Source of the DNA: an uncultured delta proteobacterium
Lineage (GTDB): Bacteria > Desulfobacterota > Binatia > Binatales > Binataceae
Assembly: GCA_963842085.1 (NCBI GenBank)
Contig: CAWJET010000001.1
Location: 2,848,001-2,912,000, forward strand
DNA: 64,000 nucleotides
Direction: 5' to 3'
Shown here: positions 39,644-49,034 of the stretch, one piece after another
Numbering within the stretch: the stretch's first letter is position 1
Layout of the letters: each line of letters opens with the position of its first letter
The notes under the pieces: generated by a model
Told to the model about the DNA's origin: nothing
The model's input: only the letters and a program-made list of their open reading frames with translations
The model's database searches: none
Made by a program: the position numbers and the translations under genes

Positions 39644-41221
39644 TCAGGCGGGGGCGTCCACTGGGAGTTTTGGATTTCGCTCCGGCGGAAGGTTGTCGTA
39701 GAGGTCGGCGCGCAAGTCGGATTTCAGCTTTGCGTAGGCGGGATCGTTCCATAGATTGCGCCATTGCATCGGGTCCTCGCGCAGATTGTAGAGCTCGCCC
39801 TCGGTACCGTCGTAGCGGATATCGGCAATCGGACCGCGCGGCGCCAGCATCGGGGGAATCTTGGCCAGGTCGAAGCCGTAGTCGCGGGTCGATTTCTCGT
39901 AAACCGTGAGCGTGTAACCGTCGCGATAGATACTGCGCAGATGCATCCCGATGGCCGCGAACTGGCTGTCCCATTCGGTGATGACGCGCTCGCGGCCGGA
40001 GCCGGGCGCGGTCGGCAGCGGCTTGCCCTGCATCCAGTCGGGAACCGGGACGCCGGCGATTTGGCAGAACGTCGGCGCGAGATCGAGTTGCCCGACCGGA
40101 TCCGCGATTTCGCTGTGCGCCACATTCGCAGACGGCGCCGGGCGCCAGATCATGGGCAGGCGCATCAGCGCGTCGACGTGATACGGGCCCTTGTAGAGCA
40201 GGCCGAAGTCGCCTTGCAGCTCGCCATGGTCGGTGGTGAAGAATACGTCGGTGCGCGGTTCCCATCCGCGCTCGGCGATGCGCGCCAGCACGCGGCCGCA
40301 TGCCTGGTCGATCAATTCGTTCTCGACGTGGGTCATCGCGTTGACTTCGCGAATCTGATCCTCGGTGAGCTGGCACGGGACGAAGCTGGCGGGGCCGCCC
40401 TCGAAGTTGCCGAAGCGCCCCTGGTACCAATCGAGCCAATGGCGCGGTTTGCCGGCGAGTATTTTTTCGATTTTGTCGCGCGAGCCGGGATAGCCGGCGG
40501 GCAGATCGAGATCGCGCCAGTTGATTCGGCGCGCCTCGTCCTGCGGCGGATCCCACGGATGATGCGGATCGGGGAAGCTCATCCAGACGAACCAGTTGTC
40601 GTCGGGAGCGAGCGAGTCGAGGTATGCGATCGTACGCGCGGCGACCCAGTCGGTGTGGTAATGCTCGCGCGGAACCGGATTGTACTTCACTTCGGGCGCG
40701 CCGGTATCGCCGCCGGGGAGAGCGCTAAGAATCGGCGCGAAGCCGGCGATCTCGTCGGGATGGTTTTTCTGCAGCCACAGCGAATAATGCCATCCGCCGA
40801 TCGGAGAGTGCATCGCTAGTTCCATCCGGTCGAAGCCGCGATACGGGCCGGTCGAGTCTTTGCGCGCCATCTGGTTCTCGAACCATCGCCCCTGCAAATC
40901 GAAGGCGGGCTCGAAATGCGCCTTGCCCAAAAGCGCGGTGCGGTAACCGGCCTTCTCGTGGAGATAAGCGGCGACGCTCGGCGAATCGGGCGGCAGCGCA
41001 ACACCGTTGGCGACGACGCCGTGGGTGCGCACGTACTGGCCGGTAATCATGGTCGAGCGCGCCGGCATGCAGACGACATTTTGATTGTGCGCGCGGCGAT
41101 AGTTGATTCCGCTGCTGGCGAGCCGGTCGGCGACCGGAGTCTTCGCGATCTTGCCGCCGTTGCATCCGAGCGAGTCGTAGCGTTGCTGATCGGTGGTGAT
41201 GAAAAGAATGTTGCGTCCCAT
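39644..41221 (-). CDS. Sulfatase family (Cys-type)
   Basis: NILFITTDQQR, CMPAR..MITG, GKAH, DPHHP, TDHG. Confidence 0.95.
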   Translation of the reverse strand: MGRNILFITTDQQRYDSLGCNGGKIAKTPVADRLASSGINYRRAHNQNVVCMPARSTMITGQYVRTHGVVANGVALPPDSPSVAAYLHEKAGYRTALLGKAHFEPAFDLQGRWFENQMARKDSTGPYRGFDRMELAMHSPIGGWHYSLWLQKNHPDEIAGFAPILSALPGGDTGAPEVKYNPVPREHYHTDWVAARTIAYLDSLAPDDNWFVWMSFPDPHHPWDPPQDEARRINWRDLDLPAGYPGSRDKIEKILAGKPRHWLDWYQGRFGNFEGGPASFVPCQLTEDQIREVNAMTHVENELIDQACGRVLARIAERGWEPRTDVFFTTDHGELQGDFGLLYKGPYHVDALMRLPMIWRPAPSANVAHSEIADPVGQLDLAPTFCQIAGVPVPDWMQGKPLPTAPGSGRERVITEWDSQFAAIGMHLRSIYRDGYTLTVYEKSTRDYGFDLAKIPPMLAPRGPIADIRYDGTEGELYNLREDPMQWRNLWNDPAYAKLKSDLRADLYDNLPPERNPKLPVDAPA

Positions 41222-41318
41222 CTTCGGCTCCCGTTTGGAAATTCTACCTTGTCAGTTTGTGAGCAGCGCGCGCACCGTCGTCGCCATCACGGCGCGCGCC
41301 TCGGTTTCGGAAGGTCCT

Positions 41319-41924
41319 TCAGGTCCTGGGATCGATCAGATCGAGCAGGTTCAGCGTGATGCGCAGCGTGAGGCCCCAGATCACCTGGCCGCCGTAGAGA
41401 ATTGCCGGAAACTTCGCGGAGCGGCTGGCAGGGCCATCGCTCTGCCATTCGTAGTCGCCGCGATACTTGGGGTCGCGGAGCGCCGTCAGAGGCACGTCAA
41501 AAATTTGCGCGACCTCGGAGAGTTGCGGCCTCAGCGGCGCGTCGGACGGGATGACGCCGACGAATGGCGCGACGACAATTCCGCTGGTCGTCGTTTGCAT
41601 CGTGGGGAAGGCGCCGATCACCTCCACGGTGGAAGGATGGATGCCGACCTCTTCGTGCGCCTCGCGCAGAGCGGCGTCCAGCAGGGTCGCGTCGATGGCG
41701 TCGACGCGTCCGCCGGGAAACGCGACCTGCCCGCGATGGCTCGCGACGTGGTCAGAGCGGCGGATGTAGACGACGTGAAGGTCGCCGCCGCGCTCGAACA
41801 GCGGCATCAGCACTGCGGCGGCGTTCGATTTGTTGGCCAGCGCCTCGCGCGGCGGGGGAGTGACGGTGGAGAGCTTGCGCCGAATGCGCTCGACGTGGCG
41901 GGTAAAGCTAGCGGCGTCGCTCAT
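41319..41924 (-). CDS. Nudix hydrolase, CoA pyrophosphatase (NudL-like)
   Basis: AAVL, H.GQVAFPGG, AALREAHEEVG, IWGLT. Confidence 0.92.
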   Translation of the reverse strand: MSDAASFTRHVERIRRKLSTVTPPPREALANKSNAAAVLMPLFERGGDLHVVYIRRSDHVASHRGQVAFPGGRVDAIDATLLDAALREAHEEVGIHPSTVEVIGAFPTMQTTTSGIVVAPFVGVIPSDAPLRPQLSEVAQIFDVPLTALRDPKYRGDYEWQSDGPASRSAKFPAILYGGQVIWGLTLRITLNLLDLIDPRT

Positions 41925-42037
41925 GACTACAGATAATCGCGCGCAACGCCCATCTTGCAAGCGCGGCGCCCGTATTCAATGCAAGCGGCGCATGGGTTAA
42001 CCTCAGTCCGGCGGCTGCACGCGAGCGACTTCATCAC

Positions 42038-43246
42038 ATGCGATATTTGATTGGCAGGTACCACGAGATCGCGCTCAAGGGGCGCAATCAGTGGCGATTT
42101 GTCGATCAAGTGAAGCAGAATCTGCGCGATATATTCGGCGACTACCGGCTGGGCAATATGCGCAGCGTCGGGCCGCGCCTGCTGGTGCAATTACCCGAGG
42201 AGCTTAGCGACGAAACCGCAGCTGAGCGCGCGGCCCTGATTTTCGGGCTGCAGAACTTTTCGATCAGCTATTCGACGCCGCGCGATATCGAATCGATCGC
42301 GCGCGAAGCGATCAAACGCGCGACCGGAAGCAAGGCGCGCACTTTTGCGGTGCGGACCAAGCGCGAGGACAAGCGGTTCGCGATGAACTCGGTGGAAATA
42401 GATCGCGCGGTTGGCGGTGAAGTGCAGGAGGCGCTCGGCTTCGACGTCGATTTGAGCGCGCCTGAGCTCACGATATCGATCGAGATAATGAACGACGCCG
42501 CGTACGTGTCGGCCGGCAAGATGCCGGGTGCGGGCGGGTTGCCGGTGGGCGTCACGGGCCGCGGGATGGCGCTGCTTTCGGGAGGGATCGACTCGCCGGT
42601 TGCAGCATATCGAATGATGAGGCGCGGGCTCAGGCTGGACTTCGTACATTTCCACGCGCATCCGATTGTTTCTGCGGCGAGCAAAGAGAAGGCGGCCGAG
42701 CTGGCGGCTCATCTGACGCGATGGCAGGCGCGCTCGACGTTGATGCTGGTGCCGTTCGGGAATTTGCAGCGCGAGATCGTGGCGAACACTCTGCGCCCGC
42801 TGCGCGTGGTGCTGTACCGGCGCTTCATGCTGCGGATCGCGAGTGCGCTTGCGGAGCGGTCGCAGGCCACCGTGCTGGTGACGGGCGAGAGCCTGGGGCA
42901 GGTGGCGTCGCAGACGTTGGAAAACATGGCAGTGATCGAGAAAGCGGCGGCGTTCCCGGTAATGCGGCCGCTGGTCGGGATGGACAAAAACGAGATCATC
43001 GAGCAGGCGCGCCGGCTGGGCACGTTCGAGACGTCGATAATCCCCGACCAGGACTGCTGCACGCTCTTTGTGCCGGCGCATCCCGAGACGCGGGCGCGAA
43101 TCGAGGAAGTCGAGGCGGCGGAATCGCGCTTCGATATTGCGCGGATGATCGAAGAAGCGGTGGCCGCCACCGAAGTCGAGCGGTTCCGGTTTCCGCCGCG
43201 AGCCCCGCAGGCGGCTAGCGCCAGAGCGCGAGAATCGCAGTATTGA
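42038..43246 (+). CDS. thiI: tRNA 4-thiouridine synthase
   Basis: EIALKG.N, THUMP domain, SGGIDS, GESLGQVASQT, DCC. Confidence 0.96.
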   Translation: MRYLIGRYHEIALKGRNQWRFVDQVKQNLRDIFGDYRLGNMRSVGPRLLVQLPEELSDETAAERAALIFGLQNFSISYSTPRDIESIAREAIKRATGSKARTFAVRTKREDKRFAMNSVEIDRAVGGEVQEALGFDVDLSAPELTISIEIMNDAAYVSAGKMPGAGGLPVGVTGRGMALLSGGIDSPVAAYRMMRRGLRLDFVHFHAHPIVSAASKEKAAELAAHLTRWQARSTLMLVPFGNLQREIVANTLRPLRVVLYRRFMLRIASALAERSQATVLVTGESLGQVASQTLENMAVIEKAAAFPVMRPLVGMDKNEIIEQARRLGTFETSIIPDQDCCTLFVPAHPETRARIEEVEAAESRFDIARMIEEAVAATEVERFRFPPRAPQAASARARESQY

Positions 43247-44447
43247 TCGTCAGTGTGAGCAGCGTGATTGGCACGCCGACACGCAGGTAATCAGCGAAGG
43301 TCAGGTTAATCTTCCGAAGCCGAGCATTCTCGACCACGATCAGATTGGCGAGCGAGCCGACCACCGTAAGATTTCCCGCGTAGGTACTCGCGCTCGCGAT
43401 CAACAGCGCCACCGCGCGGCCGCCACCCAGCATCGGGTAGAGCGGACGGAACAGCAGGACGGCGGGCACGTTGCTCACCAGGTTGGAGAGTATCGCGACG
43501 ACGATCGTCAGCGTGACCGGATGCGTCAACCGCCGAACGCCGATCAGGCGAACCACGTCGGTTTGGAAGCCGGTAGTTTCGAAGCCGGCCACGACGATGA
43601 AGAGTCCGGTGAACATCGCGAGCATGGTCCAGTCGATCAACCGGTACACGCGCTGCGGCTTCACTCGCCGCGTGAACAGCAGGACGACCCCGCCACCCAT
43701 CGCGACCAGGTGCGTGGGATAACCCGCGACGAACATCGCCAACACGCCGAGTGCGGCGAACGACGATTTGATCATCAGCGGGCGGGCGACGCGAATCGTG
43801 CGCGGAGCGGGCATGTTGCTCGCCGGAAGCGGCGCGCCGAGCGATCTTCGGTAAACCGCCGCAATCACAAAAAAATCAATCGCGAGACCAATGATCGCGG
43901 CGGGCGCCAGGTGGAGTGCGAAGCTGGAGTACCCGAGATGGGCGAAACCGGCGACGATCATGTTCTGCGGGTTGCCGGTGATGGTCGCGGCGCTGCCGAT
44001 GTTGCTGGCCGTCGCCAGACCCAGCAGGAGCGGGATCGGATCGACGCCCGCAATTTCGGCCGCGTCGATTATCAGAGGCGTGAGCGCAAGACATACGACA
44101 TCGTTTATGAAAAACGCGGCGAGCAGGCCCGACGCCGCAACGGTCATCGCAAGCATCCCGAAGCCGGACCGCGCGCGGCTGAGCAACGCGCGCGCGAAAA
44201 ACCCAAACGCTCCCGACAGGCGCAGGTTCGCCACGACAATCATCATCCCGAGCAGCAGCGCAATCGTATGGAAGTCGATTGCGTGCTCGGCCGCCGCTTC
44301 GCTGAGCGCGCCAGTCACGACCATCGCGACCGCGCCCGCCAACGCCGCGCCGGTGCGATCGATGCGCAGCCACGGAATTTCGCCGAGCGCTATCACCGCG
44401 TAGGTCAGCGCGAATATGAGGAGGGTCAGGAGGTGGCCAGGAAGCAT
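43215..44447 (-). CDS. ArsB/NhaD/CitMHS-type anion transporter
   Basis: IDRTGAA, FFIND, TGNPQN, VSNVPA, GSLANLIV. Confidence 0.88.
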   Translation of the reverse strand: MLPGHLLTLLIFALTYAVIALGEIPWLRIDRTGAALAGAVAMVVTGALSEAAAEHAIDFHTIALLLGMMIVVANLRLSGAFGFFARALLSRARSGFGMLAMTVAASGLLAAFFINDVVCLALTPLIIDAAEIAGVDPIPLLLGLATASNIGSAATITGNPQNMIVAGFAHLGYSSFALHLAPAAIIGLAIDFFVIAAVYRRSLGAPLPASNMPAPRTIRVARPLMIKSSFAALGVLAMFVAGYPTHLVAMGGGVVLLFTRRVKPQRVYRLIDWTMLAMFTGLFIVVAGFETTGFQTDVVRLIGVRRLTHPVTLTIVVAILSNLVSNVPAVLLFRPLYPMLGGGRAVALLIASASTYAGNLTVVGSLANLIVVENARLRKINLTFADYLRVGVPITLLTLTINTAILALWR

Positions 44448-44515
44448 GGCAGATTAGTCGGGCCGCCAGGGTGTTGGCAGTGTCGGGCTCAAAGGTATAG
44501 TCCCAGAGCATCGAT

Positions 44516-44914
44516 ATGGAAATTCCACTCAAGGTCGTGGAACTCGATCACGTCGTGCTGCGATGCCGCGATCAGGATAAAGCTTACGACTTCTACACGC
44601 GCATCCTGGGGCTTAGCGAAGAGCGGCGCATTGCACAGATTGGATTGATCCAGCTGCGCGCTGGTCGCAGCATGATCGATTTGGTTCCGGCTGGCGGTCC
44701 ACGCGTCGAGACGGGACTCAACGTCGATCACGTATGCATTGCAGTCGAGGCTCGCGACCTGAACGAGGTCGCGCGCTACCTACGCGAACAATCGGTCGAG
44801 GTGATGGGCGAGCCGGCAATGCGTTATGGGGCGCATGGCGCGGGTCTTTCGATCTATGTGAAGGATCCCGAGGGCAACGTCATCGAGCTCAAGCAGATGC
44901 CAACAACGCCGTGA
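44516..44914 (+). CDS. VOC/glyoxalase family protein
   Basis: LDHVVL, FYTRILG, DHVC, DPEGNVIEL. Confidence 0.92.
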   Translation: MEIPLKVVELDHVVLRCRDQDKAYDFYTRILGLSEERRIAQIGLIQLRAGRSMIDLVPAGGPRVETGLNVDHVCIAVEARDLNEVARYLREQSVEVMGEPAMRYGAHGAGLSIYVKDPEGNVIELKQMPTTP

Positions 44915-45085
44915 GCGGCGGATGGGTGGCGGGTCGCCTAGCGCGGCTTTTTTCTGATAAGCAGGACTGTCGGCTACCACGACGGCGGCCAACGGGTGGA
45001 AACTGCCCCTTGGCCGAGCTTGTTTTTGGTGGAAGCGACATTAGAATCGAACCGCTTGCGGTTTGCGCGAAGAGGGATTTCGACG

Positions 45086-46249
45086 ATGACGACAATCAGG
45101 ATTCAGGCCAAGGGCGCGATGCTCGCGGCCGTGACGATTTGCGCGTTGCTGGTGGCTGGATGCCAGGGTCATACGCCGCAGCGCGCGGCTGAGAACTATC
45201 TGGATAACCTGAAACTTTACAATTATCCGGCGGTCTACGAGGCGCTGTCACATCAGGACCAGGTCGATCGCACAATGGATCAGTTCCTGACCGAGATCCC
45301 GATGGCGCCCGATGTAAGCAAGGACTGGTTCAAGGGCATCCTGCGCACTTACGATTACAAGGTCGGCGACACGAAGATGGACGGCGACAAGGCAATAGTC
45401 ACCGTCACGGTGACGCGCCCCGATCTCGCGCTGTGGGAGCGGACGGTCGATGCTTCACTTAGCGGAGACGAGACGCCCGACTCGATCGCGCAAAAGGACT
45501 TGACCAACAACAGCTACCCGAAGGTCACCTACGACGATGACATCGTGATGGTTAATCAGGGCGGTGAATGGCGGCTGTTCGTCGACTTCCCGTTCAAGGA
45601 AAACATCCTCAAGGAACACGCGGCCGCGGTCGATCTCTACCACAAGCACGACTACGACAAGGCGATCGGCGCCTATCAGAAAATTCTCGAGGAACTGGAC
45701 AAGGAGCAGGCGACCGGCACTGCGGGCCTCAAGTTCCAGTATGGGCGCGAGTTGGCGGAAATCCAAAACGCGCAGAAGCAGATCCCCGACGCGCAGGCCT
45801 ACGTCCCTAAGATCGTGCTGACCGATGTGGACATGAAGATGTCAGCGTCGCGAGTGCCGGGAATTTTCGGCAAGATGACCAACAGCGGCGACAAAGCGAT
45901 TGACGAAGTCCAGTTTACGGTCACGTATTACGAGGGCAAAGGGAAAAACAAGAAGGCAGTTTTCTCCGAGGTTCACGAGCCGATCGCGACGCCGCTCGAG
46001 TTCACCAACTTCGGGCGTCCGGTGCTGCCGTTCGTGCCGGGCGAGACGCGCAACTTCGGTTTCCGTCTCACGGCGCCGCCCGAAATCCAGCAAAAGGCGA
46101 CGCCCGACCTGAACGTCACCTCGCTGGTGTTTACGCAATCGGGCGCGCCGCTGCCCAAGCCCCCGACGCCAACGCCGTCGCCGGGAGCTTCGCCCGCCGC
46201 GGCTGCTTCAGCAGCCGCGCCTGCTGCGGCGCCGGCGCCCAAGAACTGA
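45086..46249 (+). CDS. Uncharacterised lipoprotein
   Basis: LVAGC lipobox, strong GC3 bias, Pro/Ala-rich tail. Confidence 0.75.
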   Translation: MTTIRIQAKGAMLAAVTICALLVAGCQGHTPQRAAENYLDNLKLYNYPAVYEALSHQDQVDRTMDQFLTEIPMAPDVSKDWFKGILRTYDYKVGDTKMDGDKAIVTVTVTRPDLALWERTVDASLSGDETPDSIAQKDLTNNSYPKVTYDDDIVMVNQGGEWRLFVDFPFKENILKEHAAAVDLYHKHDYDKAIGAYQKILEELDKEQATGTAGLKFQYGRELAEIQNAQKQIPDAQAYVPKIVLTDVDMKMSASRVPGIFGKMTNSGDKAIDEVQFTVTYYEGKGKNKKAVFSEVHEPIATPLEFTNFGRPVLPFVPGETRNFGFRLTAPPEIQQKATPDLNVTSLVFTQSGAPLPKPPTPTPSPGASPAAAASAAAPAAAPAPKN

Positions 46250-46363
46250 CGCGGCGTATCGCCGCGCAAGCCGAACTGCTCCTCGCACCGGTCATCCGGT
46301 GCGAGGCGCAGTTCGGCTATTATGCATATGCGGCGCGGTGAGCGAATTCTCCCGCCGCCGCCC

Positions 46364-47275
46364 ATGACAGCAGTGGCAGTCAAACTCACAATCGCGATCC
46401 CCACGCACAACCGCGCCGCCCTGGTGCGCGACACTCTGGCGAGTGTCGCGTCGCTCGCGATACCGGCGAATGTCGAGGCAGACTGCCTCGTCGTTGACAA
46501 TGGATCGACTGACGATACCGCCGCGACCGTCGATGACTTCGAGCGCGGCGGCGCGCTCCCGATGCGGCGCGTGTTCGAGCCGCGCCTGGGCTCGAGCTTT
46601 GCGCGAAATCGCGCGGTGGACGAAGCTGCGTCGGACTTCATCTTCTTTATCGACGACGACGCAGTGGCCGAGCGCGATTGGGCCGCCGAACTGCTGGAGG
46701 ACATGCGGCGGCGCAATTTGGATGCCGCGTGCGGGATGGTTCTACCGCGCTGGTCGTCGCCGCCGCCCAAGTGGCTCGGGCCGAGCCTGTGGGTCAAGCT
46801 CGCGGTTCACGACCGTCGCACGATCGAGTCGGCGCCAACCTCATCCGCCGAGCGGCTGGATAACTATTTCAGCGCCAATGTCGGATTCAAACGTTCCGCG
46901 TTCGCGCGCTTCGGGAAATTTCGCGAGGACCTCGGCGTGGTCGGCGGCAATCCGATCTCAGGCGAGGACACCGAACTGTTCGCGCGGATATTGGCGCGTG
47001 GCGGGACTATGGGCTTTGCACCGCGCGCGATCGTGCATCACATGATCCCGCCTGAGCGGATGACGCTCGCCTATTTGCGGCGCAAGAGCTTCGCGTTCGG
47101 GATGGGCACCGCGTTTGCCGGACTGCAAAACCACAATCGGCTCGACAAGCTGGTCCGCAACGGCGTGAGAATGGCAGCCGCGGCGATGCGCGGGGATCCG
47201 GAGCGGGCGATCTATCACGAGCTCGAATGCGCCAATTTCCTCGGCTACTGGCGCGGCCGTTTGATCGCGAGATAG
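46364..47275 (+). CDS. Glycosyltransferase family 2
   Basis: IPTHNR, VVDNGSTD, FIDDD, GEDTE. Confidence 0.92.
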   Translation: MTAVAVKLTIAIPTHNRAALVRDTLASVASLAIPANVEADCLVVDNGSTDDTAATVDDFERGGALPMRRVFEPRLGSSFARNRAVDEAASDFIFFIDDDAVAERDWAAELLEDMRRRNLDAACGMVLPRWSSPPPKWLGPSLWVKLAVHDRRTIESAPTSSAERLDNYFSANVGFKRSAFARFGKFREDLGVVGGNPISGEDTELFARILARGGTMGFAPRAIVHHMIPPERMTLAYLRRKSFAFGMGTAFAGLQNHNRLDKLVRNGVRMAAAAMRGDPERAIYHELECANFLGYWRGRLIAR

Positions 47276-47291
47276 CGCCGCAACTGGCCGA

Positions 47292-47702
47292 TCACTTCAC
47301 GTAACTCAACATACGGCGCTTCAAAATCGCCGCGAGATAGGGAATCAGCTCGAGGCTCGCAAGCTCAGCCGGCGTGACCCATCGATGCTCGACGTGCTCG
47401 TCGGGCCGCAACCGCACGTTCTGAAAGACTGTCAGCCGGCACGCGTAGAGCGCCTGCAGATAGGGCTCTGAAACCATGCTGTGCAATCCGAGCAAGCGGT
47501 CGATTGCAACATCGAGCGCGGTTTCCTCCTTCACCTCGCGCAACAGGCAATCCTCAAAACTCTCGCCGAGCGCAAGATGGCCGCCGGGAAGGTCCGAGCT
47601 TCCAGGGCGATACGCCATCACGGGCGCGCGCTTCAGCACGAGCATCCGCCCGCGGCTGGCGACGACGCCGTGGATGCCAACGTAGAATTGCTGCTCGGCC
47701 AT
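47292..47702 (-). CDS. Nudix hydrolase (MutT-like)
   Basis: LPGGH...GE......REVKEET; start at MAEQQF. Confidence 0.85.
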   Translation of the reverse strand: MAEQQFYVGIHGVVASRGRMLVLKRAPVMAYRPGSSDLPGGHLALGESFEDCLLREVKEETALDVAIDRLLGLHSMVSEPYLQALYACRLTVFQNVRLRPDEHVEHRWVTPAELASLELIPYLAAILKRRMLSYVK

Positions 47703-47801
47703 CGTGCTCAAGCTAGCGGTCCGTTCGCCGACGCGCCACTTCCGTGTTTGTCGCAAGCGACTCGCTCGAAGTACGATGCCTACGCCTGGGAGGAAGAGCG
47801 C

Positions 47802-49034
47802 ATGGAAAAATCTGAGTTCTATCGCGACGCGCGGCGCGATTTGACTGGTCCGCTCGACGGCGTCCGCGTGATCGACGCCACCACGAGTTGGGCGGGGCCG
47901 ATGTGCGCGTGCCTCCTGGCCGATCTCGGGGCCGACGTCATCAAGGTCGAGGCACGCGAGGGTGAAGTCGCGCGGCGCATACCGCCGGCGCTGCCCGGCC
48001 ACGAGCAGCAAATCGGCTTCGCGCAGGCAACGGTGAATCGAAACAAGCGCAGTCTGACGCTCGATCTTCGCCGCGACGAAGGCCGCGAGATTTTTCTGAA
48101 ACTTGCGAAGCGCTCCGACGTCATCGTGCAGAATTTTCGTCCCGGGACTTTCGACAAATGGGGCGTCGGTTACGATCACGTTCGCGCCGTGAAGCCCGAA
48201 ATCATCTACGTGTCGATCAGCGGCTACGGGCAATTTGGTCCGATTCACGATCGCGTCGCGTACGATCCACTCGCGCAGGCGATGAGCGGTTTCATTTCAC
48301 TTAACGGCACTCCCGACGGACCCCCGACCAAGGCGCCGACCTGGCTGTGCGACGACCTTGGCGGATTGCACGGTGCGATCGGAGCGCTCGCGGCGCTGCG
48401 GCATCGCGATCGCACGGGCGAAGGGCAGCATATCGACGTCGCGATGCTCGACGCGATGCTGTTTCAGTCCGATGGATACCTGACGCTTGGCGCGATGGAC
48501 CTGGAACTCAAGCGATGGGGCAACGAATTTCCGTTCTCGGTTCCAACCAACACTTACAAGTGTCGCGACGGCGGGCTCGTGATGGCCGGTGTGCTGCTCG
48601 ATACACACTGGAAAGTGATGGCGCGGATGGCGGGGCGCCACGATCTCGCCGACGATGCCGGCTGCTCGACGATTCCAGGCAGGATGAACCATCGGATAGA
48701 GTGCGACGCGATGCTTGCCAAGTGGTGCGAGGCGCGCACCGTTGACCAAGCCGTCAATGAGTGCGCCAAAGAAGGCATCCCGTGCGCGAAGGTGAGAACT
48801 TACGCGGAGGCGGCGCGCGATCCCCACACTCTCGAGCGCGACATGCTCCAGCAGGTGCCGCAGGAAGACGGCAAGCTCGCACCGATCACTGGTCCGGCGG
48901 CGAAGTTCTCGCGCACGCCGACTCGGATACGAAGCGGCGCGCCGGCTCTGGGAGCGCATACGGAAGAAATCCTGGCGGAACTCGGAATCGACGCCGAGGC
49001 GCGCAAGCGCTTGCGCGAGAGCGGCGTCTTCTAG
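47802..49034 (+). CDS. CoA-transferase family III (CaiB/BaiF)
   Basis: WAGP..LADLGADVIKVE, NRNKRS; GGAGG RBS. Confidence 0.93.
   Translation: MEKSEFYRDARRDLTGPLDGVRVIDATTSWAGPMCACLLADLGADVIKVEAREGEVARRIPPALPGHEQQIGFAQATVNRNKRSLTLDLRRDEGREIFLKLAKRSDVIVQNFRPGTFDKWGVGYDHVRAVKPEIIYVSISGYGQFGPIHDRVAYDPLAQAMSGFISLNGTPDGPPTKAPTWLCDDLGGLHGAIGALAALRHRDRTGEGQHIDVAMLDAMLFQSDGYLTLGAMDLELKRWGNEFPFSVPTNTYKCRDGGLVMAGVLLDTHWKVMARMAGRHDLADDAGCSTIPGRMNHRIECDAMLAKWCEARTVDQAVNECAKEGIPCAKVRTYAEAARDPHTLERDMLQQVPQEDGKLAPITGPAAKFSRTPTRIRSGAPALGAHTEEILAELGIDAEARKRLRESGVF

Noticed and set aside
38580-40556. Apparent long N-terminal extensions or fusions (GST 658 aa, 22596-23603, 8820-9605, 59736-62411)
   Set aside because: The extensions overlap upstream genes in another frame; better internal starts with RBS or stop-start overlap exist
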